Below, in pieces: positions 39,743 to 48,212 of a stretch of DNA of 64,000 nucleotides. Numbering within the stretch: the first letter of the stretch is position 1; each line of letters starts with the position of its first letter. A program made the translations under genes and the position numbers. The notes under the pieces were generated by a model. That model made no database searches, was not told the origin of the DNA, and saw only the letters and a program-made list of their open reading frames with translations. Source of the stretch: Shigella phage ESh17; the sequence record ON528727, one strand, 5' to 3'.

Positions 39743-40153
39743 ATGAGTATTAACGAATATTATGTTTATGCCGGGGATTATGCAAATCCTTCTCATTTTG
39801 AAGGTAATTTAATACCTGATAAAGTTTTTAATACTCCTTTTGAAGCGTGGAGTTGGATTGAAAGTAAAAATGGATTTTCTTACCGTTATGTTGAAGTAAC
39901 TGATTGGAGAGGAACTAAATATCCTAAAGACCATTATTACGTAAATCCATCTAAGGTAAATTTTCTTTTATTCGCAGGTGATAATTATTATCCTTGCGGT
40001 GGATATGATGATTTAATTGCGTATGCTGAAACAGAAGATAAGCTGCGTGATATCATTAAAGAAAATGAAAATAAACTAGATTATGGTTCCAATCGTTTCG
40101 ACTGGTGGCAAATCGTAAATGCCCATACTCATGCTATCGTTGATAGAGGCTGA
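39743..40153 (+). CDS. hypothetical protein, 136 aa
   Basis: ATG after AAAGGTGA; start overlaps previous stop. Confidence 0.5.
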   Translation: MSINEYYVYAGDYANPSHFEGNLIPDKVFNTPFEAWSWIESKNGFSYRYVEVTDWRGTKYPKDHYYVNPSKVNFLLFAGDNYYPCGGYDDLIAYAETEDKLRDIIKENENKLDYGSNRFDWWQIVNAHTHAIVDRG

Positions 40154-40176
40154 CAATGATTCTTTATGCTAAAGTA
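40151..40176 (+). repeat. 26-bp direct repeat copy 1 (stop/start junction), 24/26 identical to 40606-40631
   Basis: tgacaatgattctttatgctaaagta versus tgataatgattctttatgcaaaagta. Confidence 0.85.
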
Positions 40177-40203
40177 CTACCTTATAGGAATGATATTGCT
40201 TAA
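40156..40203 (+). pseudogene. 15-codon remnant ORF duplicating the 5' end of the gene at 40611
   Basis: MILYAKV then divergence and stop; same first 7 codons as the 40611 gene. Confidence 0.45.
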
Positions 40204-40227
40204 ATTAATATTGAGGTAGCTGAGACT

Positions 40228-40608
40228 ATGAAATTAATTAAATCGGGTGGAACCAGATGGGTACTACTAACACGTAAGTATGCTATTAAGTTCCCTATCC
40301 CCAAGACATGGAAACACTTCGTGCAGGGTATGCTCAGCAATCTTACAGAAGGTCAGTGGAAGGGGTATGATAACAAGCACCTATGCCCGATAGCATACTC
40401 AAACAGATTTGGTCTCATGGTTGTGATGCACAAAGCAGAGCCAGTTGAGGATAAGGAGCTTTTTAAATCTGATTTGCAAAAGCTCTATAATGATGTTGAT
40501 GGTGATGAATGTAGAACGCTTGACCGTGATTTCTTTGAGTATGATGCCTTTCCAAAGAACTTTGGCTACTACAAAGGTAGATTGGTCAAGATAGACTACG
40601 GAGTGTGA
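40228..40608 (+). CDS. hypothetical protein on an inserted cassette, 126 aa
   Basis: ORF with noticeably more G/C-ending codons than its neighbours; bracketed by the 26-bp direct repeats. Confidence 0.5.
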   Translation: MKLIKSGGTRWVLLTRKYAIKFPIPKTWKHFVQGMLSNLTEGQWKGYDNKHLCPIAYSNRFGLMVVMHKAEPVEDKELFKSDLQKLYNDVDGDECRTLDRDFFEYDAFPKNFGYYKGRLVKIDYGV

Positions 40609-40631
40609 TAATGATTCTTTATGCAAAAGTA
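40606..40631 (+). repeat. 26-bp direct repeat copy 2
   Basis: see copy 1. Confidence 0.85.
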
Positions 40632-40904
40632 TCATCCATTGAAAATGGATATAAATATGATCAAGACGCGGCTAAAGCCTTGATCGATGATTATGGCGTT
40701 TTAACGTGTTTTGAAGTTGAAAAGGTTTATGTTGACCGTTCATCTTCTCAAGTTAAATTAGTGAAGGAAGACCGTAAATTTAATACAGTAAATTTTGATT
40801 TCTTTATTGAAACGGAAAAAGGTCCTCTTGAATATGATATTTTCAAGAATCCTTTGGGTCTTGAATGTATTGAATATACTTACATTAATATGGTGAGCAA
40901 ATGA
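40611..40904 (+). CDS. hypothetical protein, 97 aa
   Basis: start at ATG 40611 (MILYAKVSSIENGY...); ORF-track start 40605 is GTG. Confidence 0.5.
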   Translation: MILYAKVSSIENGYKYDQDAAKALIDDYGVLTCFEVEKVYVDRSSSQVKLVKEDRKFNTVNFDFFIETEKGPLEYDIFKNPLGLECIEYTYINMVSK

Positions 40905-41416
40905 ATATTTGTTTAGGTACTACAATTCCGCAGGGTTATGTGATTGATGTAACTACATGGGAAAATGACGGTGACAACTATAAAACCAAAACATTGTTTG
41001 GTGTAGAAGAGAATGAAATCTTACAATTCCAATATCTTTTAAAGAAGTTTAAAAGTAGACATTCTAGCACAAAAGTTGAACGTTATTGCGGTAATGGCTT
41101 GTTCAGCGAGCAATCGCTTTTTATCTATGAATACTTGGTTGAAGGACTGTTCTCAGACCAGCTTTATCCAGAATTCATTAAAAAGGTCTTTGATATAGAA
41201 GTTGACCTTGGTAATAAATCTGAAGAAGATGAAGAACGTGTATTTGACTTATTCTTTGTGAATGGTAATAAAGTGCTTGAAGGACTTATTAATATTTTAG
41301 GCAGTGCTTCTGAATATTATGATTATGATTTTCTGCGCGTAGTTGAGAGTGTTAAATACTCTTATATAGAAAAAGAAATTGTTTTGCCGACTGTTAAAAT
41401 GTTTAATTTGCTTTAA
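40901..41416 (+). CDS. hypothetical acidic protein, 171 aa
   Basis: ATGA overlap with previous gene. Confidence 0.5.
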   Translation: MNICLGTTIPQGYVIDVTTWENDGDNYKTKTLFGVEENEILQFQYLLKKFKSRHSSTKVERYCGNGLFSEQSLFIYEYLVEGLFSDQLYPEFIKKVFDIEVDLGNKSEEDEERVFDLFFVNGNKVLEGLINILGSASEYYDYDFLRVVESVKYSYIEKEIVLPTVKMFNLL

Positions 41417-41433
41417 GAATTATTTGTTATTAT
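41409..41433 (+). promoter_or_regulatory. candidate middle (MotA-type) promoter upstream of the tRNA cluster
   Basis: TGCTTTA box, 12-nt gap, then TATTAT. Confidence 0.4.
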
Positions 41434-41502
41434 TAACTCATACCGCACTGATTAATACCCTCTATCATCAAGGGTTCTTGCTTGAGAGCCTTTGTTAATA
41501 AT

Positions 41503-41575
41503 TGGGAATTAGCCAAGTTGGTAAGGCACTGGATTTTGATTCCAGGATGCAAAGGTTCGAGTCCTTTATTCCCAG
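41503..41575 (+). tRNA. tRNA-Gln (anticodon UUG)
   Basis: cloverleaf folded by hand; 7-bp acceptor tgggaat/attccca; anticodon loop ttTTGat; GGTTCGAGTCC T-arm. Confidence 0.8.
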
Positions 41576-41576
41576 C

Positions 41577-41663
41577 GCGAGAATGGTCAAATTGGTAAAG
41601 GCACAGCACTTAAAATGCTGCGGAATGATTTCCTTGTGGGTTCGAGTCCCACTTCTCGCACCA
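41577..41663 (+). tRNA. tRNA-Leu (UAA), type II with long variable arm
   Basis: acceptor gcgagaa/ttctcgc; loop ctTAAaa; encoded CCA. Confidence 0.8.
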
Positions 41664-41668
41664 AATTT

Positions 41669-41742
<74 letters not shown>

Positions 41743-41752
41743 ATTTAATTTA

Positions 41753-41826
41753 CTCCGTGTAGCTCAGTTTGGTAGAGCGCCTGATTTGGGATCAGGAGGT
41801 CCAAGGTTCAAATCCTTGTATGGAGA
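41753..41826 (+). tRNA. tRNA-Pro (UGG)
   Basis: acceptor ctccgtg/tatggag; loop ttTGGga. Confidence 0.8.
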
Positions 41827-41828
41827 CT

Positions 41829-41918
41829 GGAGGCGTGGCAGAGTGGTTTAATGCACCGGTCTTGAAAACCGGCAGTCGCTCCGGCGACTCATAGGTTCAA
41901 ATCCTATCGCCTCCGCCA
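41829..41918 (+). tRNA. tRNA-Ser (UGA), type II
   Basis: acceptor ggaggcg/cgcctcc; loop ctTGAaa; long variable arm; encoded CCA. Confidence 0.8.
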
Positions 41919-41924
41919 GTTTTT

Positions 41925-42000
41925 GCTGATTTAGCTCAGTAGGTAGAGCAACTCACTTGTAATGAGAAGGTCGGCGGTTCGATTCCGTCAATCAGCACCA
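41925..42000 (+). tRNA. tRNA-Thr (UGU)
   Basis: acceptor gctgatt/aatcagc; loop ctTGTaa; encoded CCA. Confidence 0.8.
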
Positions 42001-42001
42001 A

Positions 42002-42076
42002 GGCCCTGTAGCTGGAAGGTTCAAGCAAGCGACTCATAATCGCCAGATGGTGGTTCAATTCCACCCAGGGCCACCA
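42002..42076 (+). tRNA. tRNA with CAU anticodon (Ile2 lysidine-type or Met)
   Basis: acceptor ggccctg/cagggcc; loop ctCATaa; encoded CCA. Confidence 0.75.
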
Positions 42077-42088
42077 AATTATGAATTA

Positions 42089-42175
42089 GGGGAGTTATCC
42101 CGTAGAGGTAGCGGTGTGGACTGTAAATCCATTGTCATTGCGACTCGGGTGGTTCGACTCCATCACTCCCCACCA
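42089..42175 (+). tRNA. tRNA-Tyr-like (GUA), type II, with irregular acceptor/D-arm junction
   Basis: perfect 7-bp acceptor ggggagt/actcccc, anticodon stem-loop gtgga-ctGTAaa-tccat, long variable arm, T-arm ggtgg-ttcgact-ccatc, CCA; but 4 nt rather than 2 between acceptor and D-stem. Confidence 0.5.
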
Positions 42176-42179
42176 ATTT

Positions 42180-42254
42180 GGATGTGTAGCTCAGTGGTAG
42201 AGCAGTTGACTGTTAATCAATTGGTCCATGGTTCGAATCCATGCATGTCCGCCA
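42180..42254 (+). tRNA. tRNA-Asn (GUU)
   Basis: acceptor ggatgtg/catgtcc; D-arm gctc-agtggta-gagc; loop ctGTTaa; encoded CCA. Confidence 0.75.
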
Positions 42255-42368
42255 AATTTGTGACAACTGTCACATTAATATCTACTTGACGCGATTATAA
42301 GGGTTGAACTGATCACTCTTCTCTTAATTTCGTGTGAAGACATCTTGATTGTTGGAGTAGGTATTAAT

Positions 42369-42444
42369 GTGGCCGTAGTTCAGTTGGTAGAACTCGAGAT
42401 TGTGATTCTCGTAGTCATGGGTTCGACTCCCATCGGTCACCCCA
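42369..42444 (+). tRNA. tRNA-His (GUG); no encoded G-1
   Basis: acceptor gtggccg/cggtcac; loop ttGTGat; discriminator C; encoded CCA. Confidence 0.7.
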
Positions 42445-42448
42445 ATTA

Positions 42449-42524
42449 CGGGGCATAGCTCAGAAGGAAGAGCAAGGACCTTCTAAGTCCTAGGTCGTAG
42501 GTTCGATCCCTACTGCCTCGACCA
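42449..42524 (+). tRNA. tRNA-Arg (UCU)
   Basis: acceptor cggggca/tgcctcg; loop ctTCTaa; encoded CCA. Confidence 0.8.
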
Positions 42525-42542
42525 ATTATAAGTGAGGAAAAT

Positions 42543-42893
42543 ATGAAAGGTAATGTTTATTTAGTAGTTCATGATTTAACATTCTATTTTAATCATAATG
42601 ATACTGTTATTTCTGAACGTGTAATTAATTTACTTTATCAGCATGCAGATTATGTTTATGTTGAAAATGAATTTGGCCATTGGCAATTTCTCAAAAATCG
42701 TTCATTTGGTTTAGATGGTTACGAATACTTTGATCGTAAAGACCTTTTAGATACAATTCCATTATCTACACAATATCAAAATCATAAGTCTTTACATAAA
42801 TGCCGGCTAATTCGAAATGCTGAATCTGCGTATGAAGCAATTGATTTATGGCGTAAACGCCGTGAACAAATTGATGCTTTAAAAGAATATTAA
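42543..42893 (+). CDS. hypothetical protein, 116 aa
   Basis: ATG after GAGGAAA directly downstream of tRNA-Arg. Confidence 0.5.
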   Translation: MKGNVYLVVHDLTFYFNHNDTVISERVINLLYQHADYVYVENEFGHWQFLKNRSFGLDGYEYFDRKDLLDTIPLSTQYQNHKSLHKCRLIRNAESAYEAIDLWRKRREQIDALKEY

Positions 42894-42894
42894 G

Positions 42895-43200
42895 AAACCG
42901 GGTCGCTACCGGTAAGTCGTCGGACTGATGTTCCCTGAGTAAGGAATTGCGTTAATAATCTTTGCGTTTATTGATGCCCTCTTACATCACAGCAGAAACG
43001 GCGCACCGAATTATCGATTCGAGGAAATATCTTTGCCGTAAGCCGAGTAGCGTTTTTGACGGAACGTTCGGATATGGTCGAGATATGGCCTTTTAAAAAT
43101 ATTGAGTAGCGTCAACTGCTTAATAACCGGGTTCGAATCCCGGCGTTTCGTACAAACACTTGCCTTAGCAGGTGGAACCCCGACAAGGTTGCCGCAAGGC
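42895..43200 (+). ncRNA. candidate stable small RNA region, GC-elevated and structured, with a tRNA-like T-arm (possibly analogous to T4 species RNAs C/D)
   Basis: no ORF; palindromic hairpin at 42897-42913; ccggg-ttcgaat-cccgg T-arm at 43127-43143 with 7-bp acceptor-like pairing 43060-43066/43144-43150. Confidence 0.3.
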
Positions 43201-43230
43201 TTAGCCCCAGCCGAAAGGTTGGGGCTTTTT
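43201..43230 (+). terminator. intrinsic terminator (GAAA tetraloop hairpin plus T5), copy 1
   Basis: ttagccccagccgaaaggttggggcttttt. Confidence 0.8.
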
Positions 43231-43232
43231 AG

Positions 43233-43240
43233 TATAAATA
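43233..43240 (+). promoter_or_regulatory. late promoter TATAAATA for the internal-protein-like gene at 43277
   Basis: exact TATAAATA 37 nt upstream of the ATG. Confidence 0.55.
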
Positions 43241-43276
43241 AGTATATTAAATCTACAAATTAAAACAGGAAATAAG

Positions 43277-43750
43277 ATGAAATCATATACTCAATTTTTA
43301 AATGAAGCGGTGTTAAATGAAGCGTCTAGCACCGAAATTCAAGCTGTCGCAAAAGCAGCCATTGCAGCGGGTAAATATTCCTATAAAGATGCTTCTGATG
43401 AATCACGATTCCAATTTGCTCGCGACATGAAAGCAGAAGGATTTACGGGGAATGCTGTTAGTATGGCCTGGAAAAGTTTAGTTGCTACTGGCGCTGCTTT
43501 TGCAAAGGCTTCGGGTAAACCTGCTCCTAAAGCAGATCCTAAAGTCACACAAGAGAAAAATATCGTTAAAGGAATTATCTCCAAATATGAAGCTATCCTT
43601 AAAGAGCTTTTAGTAATCAAAACTGAAGGCCAAAAGCTAGCTCGTGCTTATAGTTTCAAAGATAACCCACATGCTCACTCTCTTGAGTATGTTGAAGACA
43701 TCCAAAAAATTATTAAAGACCGCATTTGGTCTGCTAAACAAATCAAATAA
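43277..43750 (+). CDS. internal-protein-like protein with variant capsid-targeting-sequence N-terminus, 157 aa
   Basis: begins MKSYTQFLNEA; Ala/Lys-rich; own late promoter; flanked by duplicated terminators. Confidence 0.55.
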   Translation: MKSYTQFLNEAVLNEASSTEIQAVAKAAIAAGKYSYKDASDESRFQFARDMKAEGFTGNAVSMAWKSLVATGAAFAKASGKPAPKADPKVTQEKNIVKGIISKYEAILKELLVIKTEGQKLARAYSFKDNPHAHSLEYVEDIQKIIKDRIWSAKQIK

Positions 43751-43755
43751 CATTC

Positions 43756-43785
43756 TTAGCCCTAGCCGAAAGGTTGGGGCTTTTT
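43756..43785 (+). terminator. intrinsic terminator, copy 2 (29/30 identical to 43201-43230)
   Basis: ttagccctagccgaaaggttggggcttttt. Confidence 0.8.
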
Positions 43786-43918
43786 GGTATCTAGGCCTTT
43801 CCAGGCCTCTCTAGACATCATTTAGTTTCTACCCTTTATAATATATTATCCTATCCTTTGATTTCCCCTCCCTGCCCTAGAATTCCCCAAAACTTTTTAA
43901 AAATTTTTTCACAAAACG

Positions 43919-43948
43919 GTTTACATCCTTGTCCTTCCATGGTACTAT
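43919..43948 (+). promoter_or_regulatory. early promoter with conserved leader tggtactatacaactatcaactac
   Basis: GTTTAC, 18-nt spacer, TACTAT. Confidence 0.6.
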
Positions 43949-43991
43949 ACAACTATCAACTACTGATACAGAAAACAACTTGGAGAATGAA

Positions 43992-44255
43992 ATGGATAAT
44001 TACGGTGAGCTGTTCAACTTCTTTATGAAATGTGTTTCAGAAGATTTCGGTCGTACAGTGAATGATATTAAAGTTATCGGTCCTGATCATCCGTTGTTTG
44101 AAACTTACGCAGTAATGGGTAATGAAGATGGTCAGTGGTATACTGTAAAGGTTGTGATTAACATGTTCACTGCTGAAAGTTATGTTAAACTGTCTTCTAA
44201 AGTTTATCATGATAATGATGAAATTGCTGAAGAATATTTCAATAATATGAAATAA
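43992..44255 (+). CDS. hypothetical acidic protein, 87 aa
   Basis: start at ATG 43992 after GGAGA; ORF-track start 43929 translates through the promoter. Confidence 0.5.
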   Translation: MDNYGELFNFFMKCVSEDFGRTVNDIKVIGPDHPLFETYAVMGNEDGQWYTVKVVINMFTAESYVKLSSKVYHDNDEIAEEYFNNMK

Positions 44256-44285
44256 GTTTACACAGGCTCATGATTGAGATATTAT
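44256..44285 (+). promoter_or_regulatory. early promoter with stem-loop around the -10
   Basis: GTTTAC ... TATTAT; inverted repeat ggctcat/atgagcc. Confidence 0.55.
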
Positions 44286-44311
44286 GAGCCTATAACTTTG
44301 AGGAGAACATT

Positions 44312-44644
44312 ATGAAACGTAACTTTAGTAAAGCTTTTTGTAATAGAAATTATTATCCTGAAGAGCTTTTTGAATCTAAGGACTTTGAAGAGTTTAATGA
44401 ACGCTCTCAAAACATGCCTGTACAATGGGTGTTGGATTATGCTAAACGTATCTTTGAAGGTGTACGTTGGTTCAGTCCTGATGATGAAGCCCCATATTTT
44501 CAAAGGGCATGGTCTATAGTCAATCAAGCTTATATTGATGCTTTAGAAAATATTAATATTATAGATGATGATGCTTTGTTAATCATCGATGAGTCTATTA
44601 ATAGTAGTATCGATAAATTTATTGATGAATTGGACGAAGAATAA
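44312..44644 (+). CDS. hypothetical acidic protein, 110 aa
   Basis: GAGGAG SD. Confidence 0.5.
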   Translation: MKRNFSKAFCNRNYYPEELFESKDFEEFNERSQNMPVQWVLDYAKRIFEGVRWFSPDDEAPYFQRAWSIVNQAYIDALENINIIDDDALLIIDESINSSIDKFIDELDEE

Positions 44645-44674
44645 GTTTACAAACTCTTGGGAGTAGAGTATAAT
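44645..44674 (+). promoter_or_regulatory. early promoter with stem-loop around the -10
   Basis: GTTTAC ... TATAAT; inverted repeat gggagta/tactccc. Confidence 0.55.
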
Positions 44675-44718
44675 ACTCCCACGGATTATAAAACCCTTAA
44701 TTAACTAAAGGAAATGCT

Positions 44719-45312
44719 ATGAACATGCTGAAGAAAATTGTTGAGTTTATTCGCACTAAACTTGGTTCTGCTATGGCTAAAAATCTATCTGTTGAAGAAC
44801 AGTATACTGCTGCGGCAGCAAAACTACTTGATAAGATTAAAGATCTAAAAACTGCTTCTGTTAAATCTATTAATGAAGAAAAGCGTATTCGTGAACTTAT
44901 TGTCGAAAAGAATAAGCAGGCCGAATCAAAAGAGCGTGAAATTCGCAAGCTTCTTTCTGAAGGTCAAGATGTAACAATGCATGCTAAACTCGGTTTACTA
45001 TATCGTCGAACAGCTGAGCAGTTGACTACTAAAGCTGATGGTTATGCTGAAATGCGAATTGAAATTGCCAAGAAAGTAGTTGAGTTAGATGATGCTCGCC
45101 AAGAACTTGCAGTTAAATTGGAATATATCCGTGAAACTCGTGCTGCGAATGCCCTCGGAATTAGTACTGCCGATGATGTAGTTGAAATTGCAGCGCTGAC
45201 TAAGGTTGATATTGAAGATACTCTTGCCCGAGTTGAAACCTTTAATGGCAATATTTCTGGGGTTGAAACTACCTCTGCCGATGTTCAGGAATACATTAAT
45301 TCTCTGAAATAA
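44719..45312 (+). CDS. coiled-coil protein, 197 aa
   Basis: AAAGGAAA SD; long helical charged sequence. Confidence 0.5.
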   Translation: MNMLKKIVEFIRTKLGSAMAKNLSVEEQYTAAAAKLLDKIKDLKTASVKSINEEKRIRELIVEKNKQAESKEREIRKLLSEGQDVTMHAKLGLLYRRTAEQLTTKADGYAEMRIEIAKKVVELDDARQELAVKLEYIRETRAANALGISTADDVVEIAALTKVDIEDTLARVETFNGNISGVETTSADVQEYINSLK

Positions 45313-45317
45313 TGATA

Positions 45318-45340
45318 AGGGGCTTCGGCCCCTATTACTT
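45318..45340 (+). terminator. hairpin terminator candidate
   Basis: aggggc-ttcg-gcccct then a weak T-tract. Confidence 0.55.
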
Positions 45341-45353
45341 GGAGTAAATAGGA

Positions 45354-45959
45354 ATGAAAATGCAAAGTGATTTCAATTCAATGTTTGAAGAGTTCCAAAG
45401 ACAGGTTGATGTTCCAGATCAATTACTAAATGCTCTTAAACGTATGGCAGAAGGACGTAATTACTATTGGGGGTCTTCATATGAAACTGATGAAAGTCTT
45501 TCTGGATTTTATAAAGGTAAAAAGTCTTTAATACGTCCTGGAATACTCATTAAAAGTATTGAATCAATTCATTCATTGACATGTGATTTTGATGTTGAAT
45601 TTACTGATTTCATTTCTCCTGAATGGACGGTTTGTTATTTAAACGACGATTATGATTATCTTGGCGTTTATAGTTTAAGTGACGCATGGTTTAAACGTAA
45701 TTTACAAAAGTCAAATTTGTTCTATATTGATACTACGGTAAAATTTCAGGGAAAGAAATATTTCTTTACTCTTATAGTTGACTCTGAAACAAAATATGAA
45801 AATAAGCGTATTCTTAATAAAAAGAATATCTTAACTATCGTTGATGATCTTTTTGATAAATTCGTGGAAAATCCTAATTTTGAAAGCGATTTATTATTAG
45901 AAAAATTTGTTAAGGAATGTAGAGAATATGTCAAAGCCATCACTATACCTTCCAAGTAA
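45354..45959 (+). CDS. hypothetical protein, 201 aa
   Basis: ATG ORF; C-terminus KFVKECREYV shares the junction motif of the following genes. Confidence 0.5.
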   Translation: MKMQSDFNSMFEEFQRQVDVPDQLLNALKRMAEGRNYYWGSSYETDESLSGFYKGKKSLIRPGILIKSIESIHSLTCDFDVEFTDFISPEWTVCYLNDDYDYLGVYSLSDAWFKRNLQKSNLFYIDTTVKFQGKKYFFTLIVDSETKYENKRILNKKNILTIVDDLFDKFVENPNFESDLLLEKFVKECREYVKAITIPSK

Positions 45960-46320
45960 ACCTGTGAAGTATGAACTAAAGCGTCAGCTAATTCCTACTG
46001 ATGTATTAATAGGTCCTGTGACAGCTATATCATTTGTAATTCTATTGGTTGTTGGAATGGTTATAGACTTTATGACTGATATTGAATCTGGCGTAATATT
46101 TTTGTTAGTATTAATTCTTCCATTAGTAGTTCCGCTTTTATTAGTACCTATAAATTGGATAGGATATTGGTATCAAGGAAGACACTATCGTAAACGTGTA
46201 CGTGATTGGAAAGCTCAGTGTAAAAAGATTAAAAAGGAACATCAGCTTAAACTTGCTGCGCATGAATTTGATGAAATTATGAAATTTGTTAAGGAATCAC
46301 GATGCAAAAGCCAAAACTAA
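45928..46320 (+). CDS. two-helix membrane protein, member 1 of a tandem family, 130 aa
   Basis: start at ATG 45928 (ORF-track 45907 is TTG); two hydrophobic helices then a basic tail ending FVKESRC. Confidence 0.5.
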   Translation: MSKPSLYLPSKPVKYELKRQLIPTDVLIGPVTAISFVILLVVGMVIDFMTDIESGVIFLLVLILPLVVPLLLVPINWIGYWYQGRHYRKRVRDWKAQCKKIKKEHQLKLAAHEFDEIMKFVKESRCKSQN

Positions 46321-46664
46321 ATAAAGTCAAATATTCTCTTCCTGAGTCATTTTTAATTTTTGCTGTAGCGTTGGCTGCAGCTCTTGCGGGTAGTCTTTTT
46401 GGATTGTTAATTGACTGTCTTATTTTAAACATTGACGGCACAGTAAATATAATAGAAGTTTGGAGTGAACTTCACTATACTAAAATTATTTCATTATTTT
46501 CATTCTTTGGTACAATGTTATATTTTCATTATGATAATTTTAAAATAAATTGGCAAAGAAAAAAGGATTACAAAATACAATTAAAGGAATATAATAGCTA
46601 CATGTCTTATATTGAAAAAGAATCAATGGAAGAGTTTGTGAGTGATTGTAGGAAAATTAAATGA
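46302..46664 (+). CDS. two-helix membrane protein, member 2, 120 aa
   Basis: two hydrophobic helices; C-terminus EFVSDCRKIK. Confidence 0.5.
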   Translation: MQKPKLNKVKYSLPESFLIFAVALAAALAGSLFGLLIDCLILNIDGTVNIIEVWSELHYTKIISLFSFFGTMLYFHYDNFKINWQRKKDYKIQLKEYNSYMSYIEKESMEEFVSDCRKIK

Positions 46665-47145
46665 TTTTAAAAACTCGCTGGTATGATTTAGATGATGGGG
46701 ATGATGGCATTTCAGTTGATAGAGTTGACTGGAATGGTTGTTCCGAAGATATGAAAAATTTGTTGATTAGGGAGTTTAGAATGGGATATCAAGCAGCTAA
46801 GCCATCTATTATAACAGATGATAAATTCGTGTGTATTCATAATGGTCGTGCTAAGTTAACGAACGCTGATTGGTTCACAGATAAAATTATGATTCTGTGG
46901 TATATTATTAGTCTTCCTGTGACATCATTCGTATTTTACTTTTTTATAAAAAATCCAATGGACAGAATAGGAGATTGGATTCTTTTAACCATACTTGTTA
47001 ATATTTTTACAGCAGCAATATTATCTGGGATATGGTGCGTGTTCATTGAAATGCCATGGCGGCTACGCAGACAGCAAAAGATTTTTGATGAAAAGAAATA
47101 CACTCAAAATTTAAATAACTTTATCACTGAATGCAGGAAATTAAA

Positions 47146-47149
<4 letters not shown>
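46661..47149 (+). CDS. two-helix membrane protein, member 3, 162 aa
   Basis: C-terminal two helices; C-terminus NFITECRKLK; ATGA overlaps. Confidence 0.5.
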
Positions 47150-48118
<969 letters not shown>

Positions 48119-48122
48119 AGTT

Positions 48123-48152
48123 GTTTACTTTCTCCTAGAATTGTGATAGTAT
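48123..48152 (+). promoter_or_regulatory. early promoter
   Basis: GTTTAC, N18, TAGTAT; stem tgtga/tcaca. Confidence 0.55.
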
Positions 48153-48212
48153 ATTCACAGTTACTTGAAGAGATAAATTATTAATTAAAATATTTACATT
48201 TAAAGGATACAC

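Noticed and set aside
40228-40608. Protein-kinase-like motifs (KSGGTRW, YAIKF, KIDYG) in the inserted 126-aa ORF
   Set aside because: At 126 aa it is too short for a kinase fold and lacks a catalytic-loop motif; the resemblance is likely chance.
43929-43991. N-terminal extensions of the ORFs at 43929, 58696 and 60237 (shared HGTIQLSTT peptide)
   Set aside because: The extensions are translations of the repeated early promoter-leader element and begin at TTG or upstream in-frame codons; real starts are the ATGs at 43992, 58864 and 60297, each with a Shine-Dalgarno.
44719-45312. Possible PspA/IM30-like identity of the 197-aa coiled-coil protein
   Set aside because: Short motif matches (DTLAR, ETRA) are not collinear with E. 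coli PspA as I recall it; the similarity is probably generic coiled-coil composition. Left as a hypothetical coiled-coil protein.
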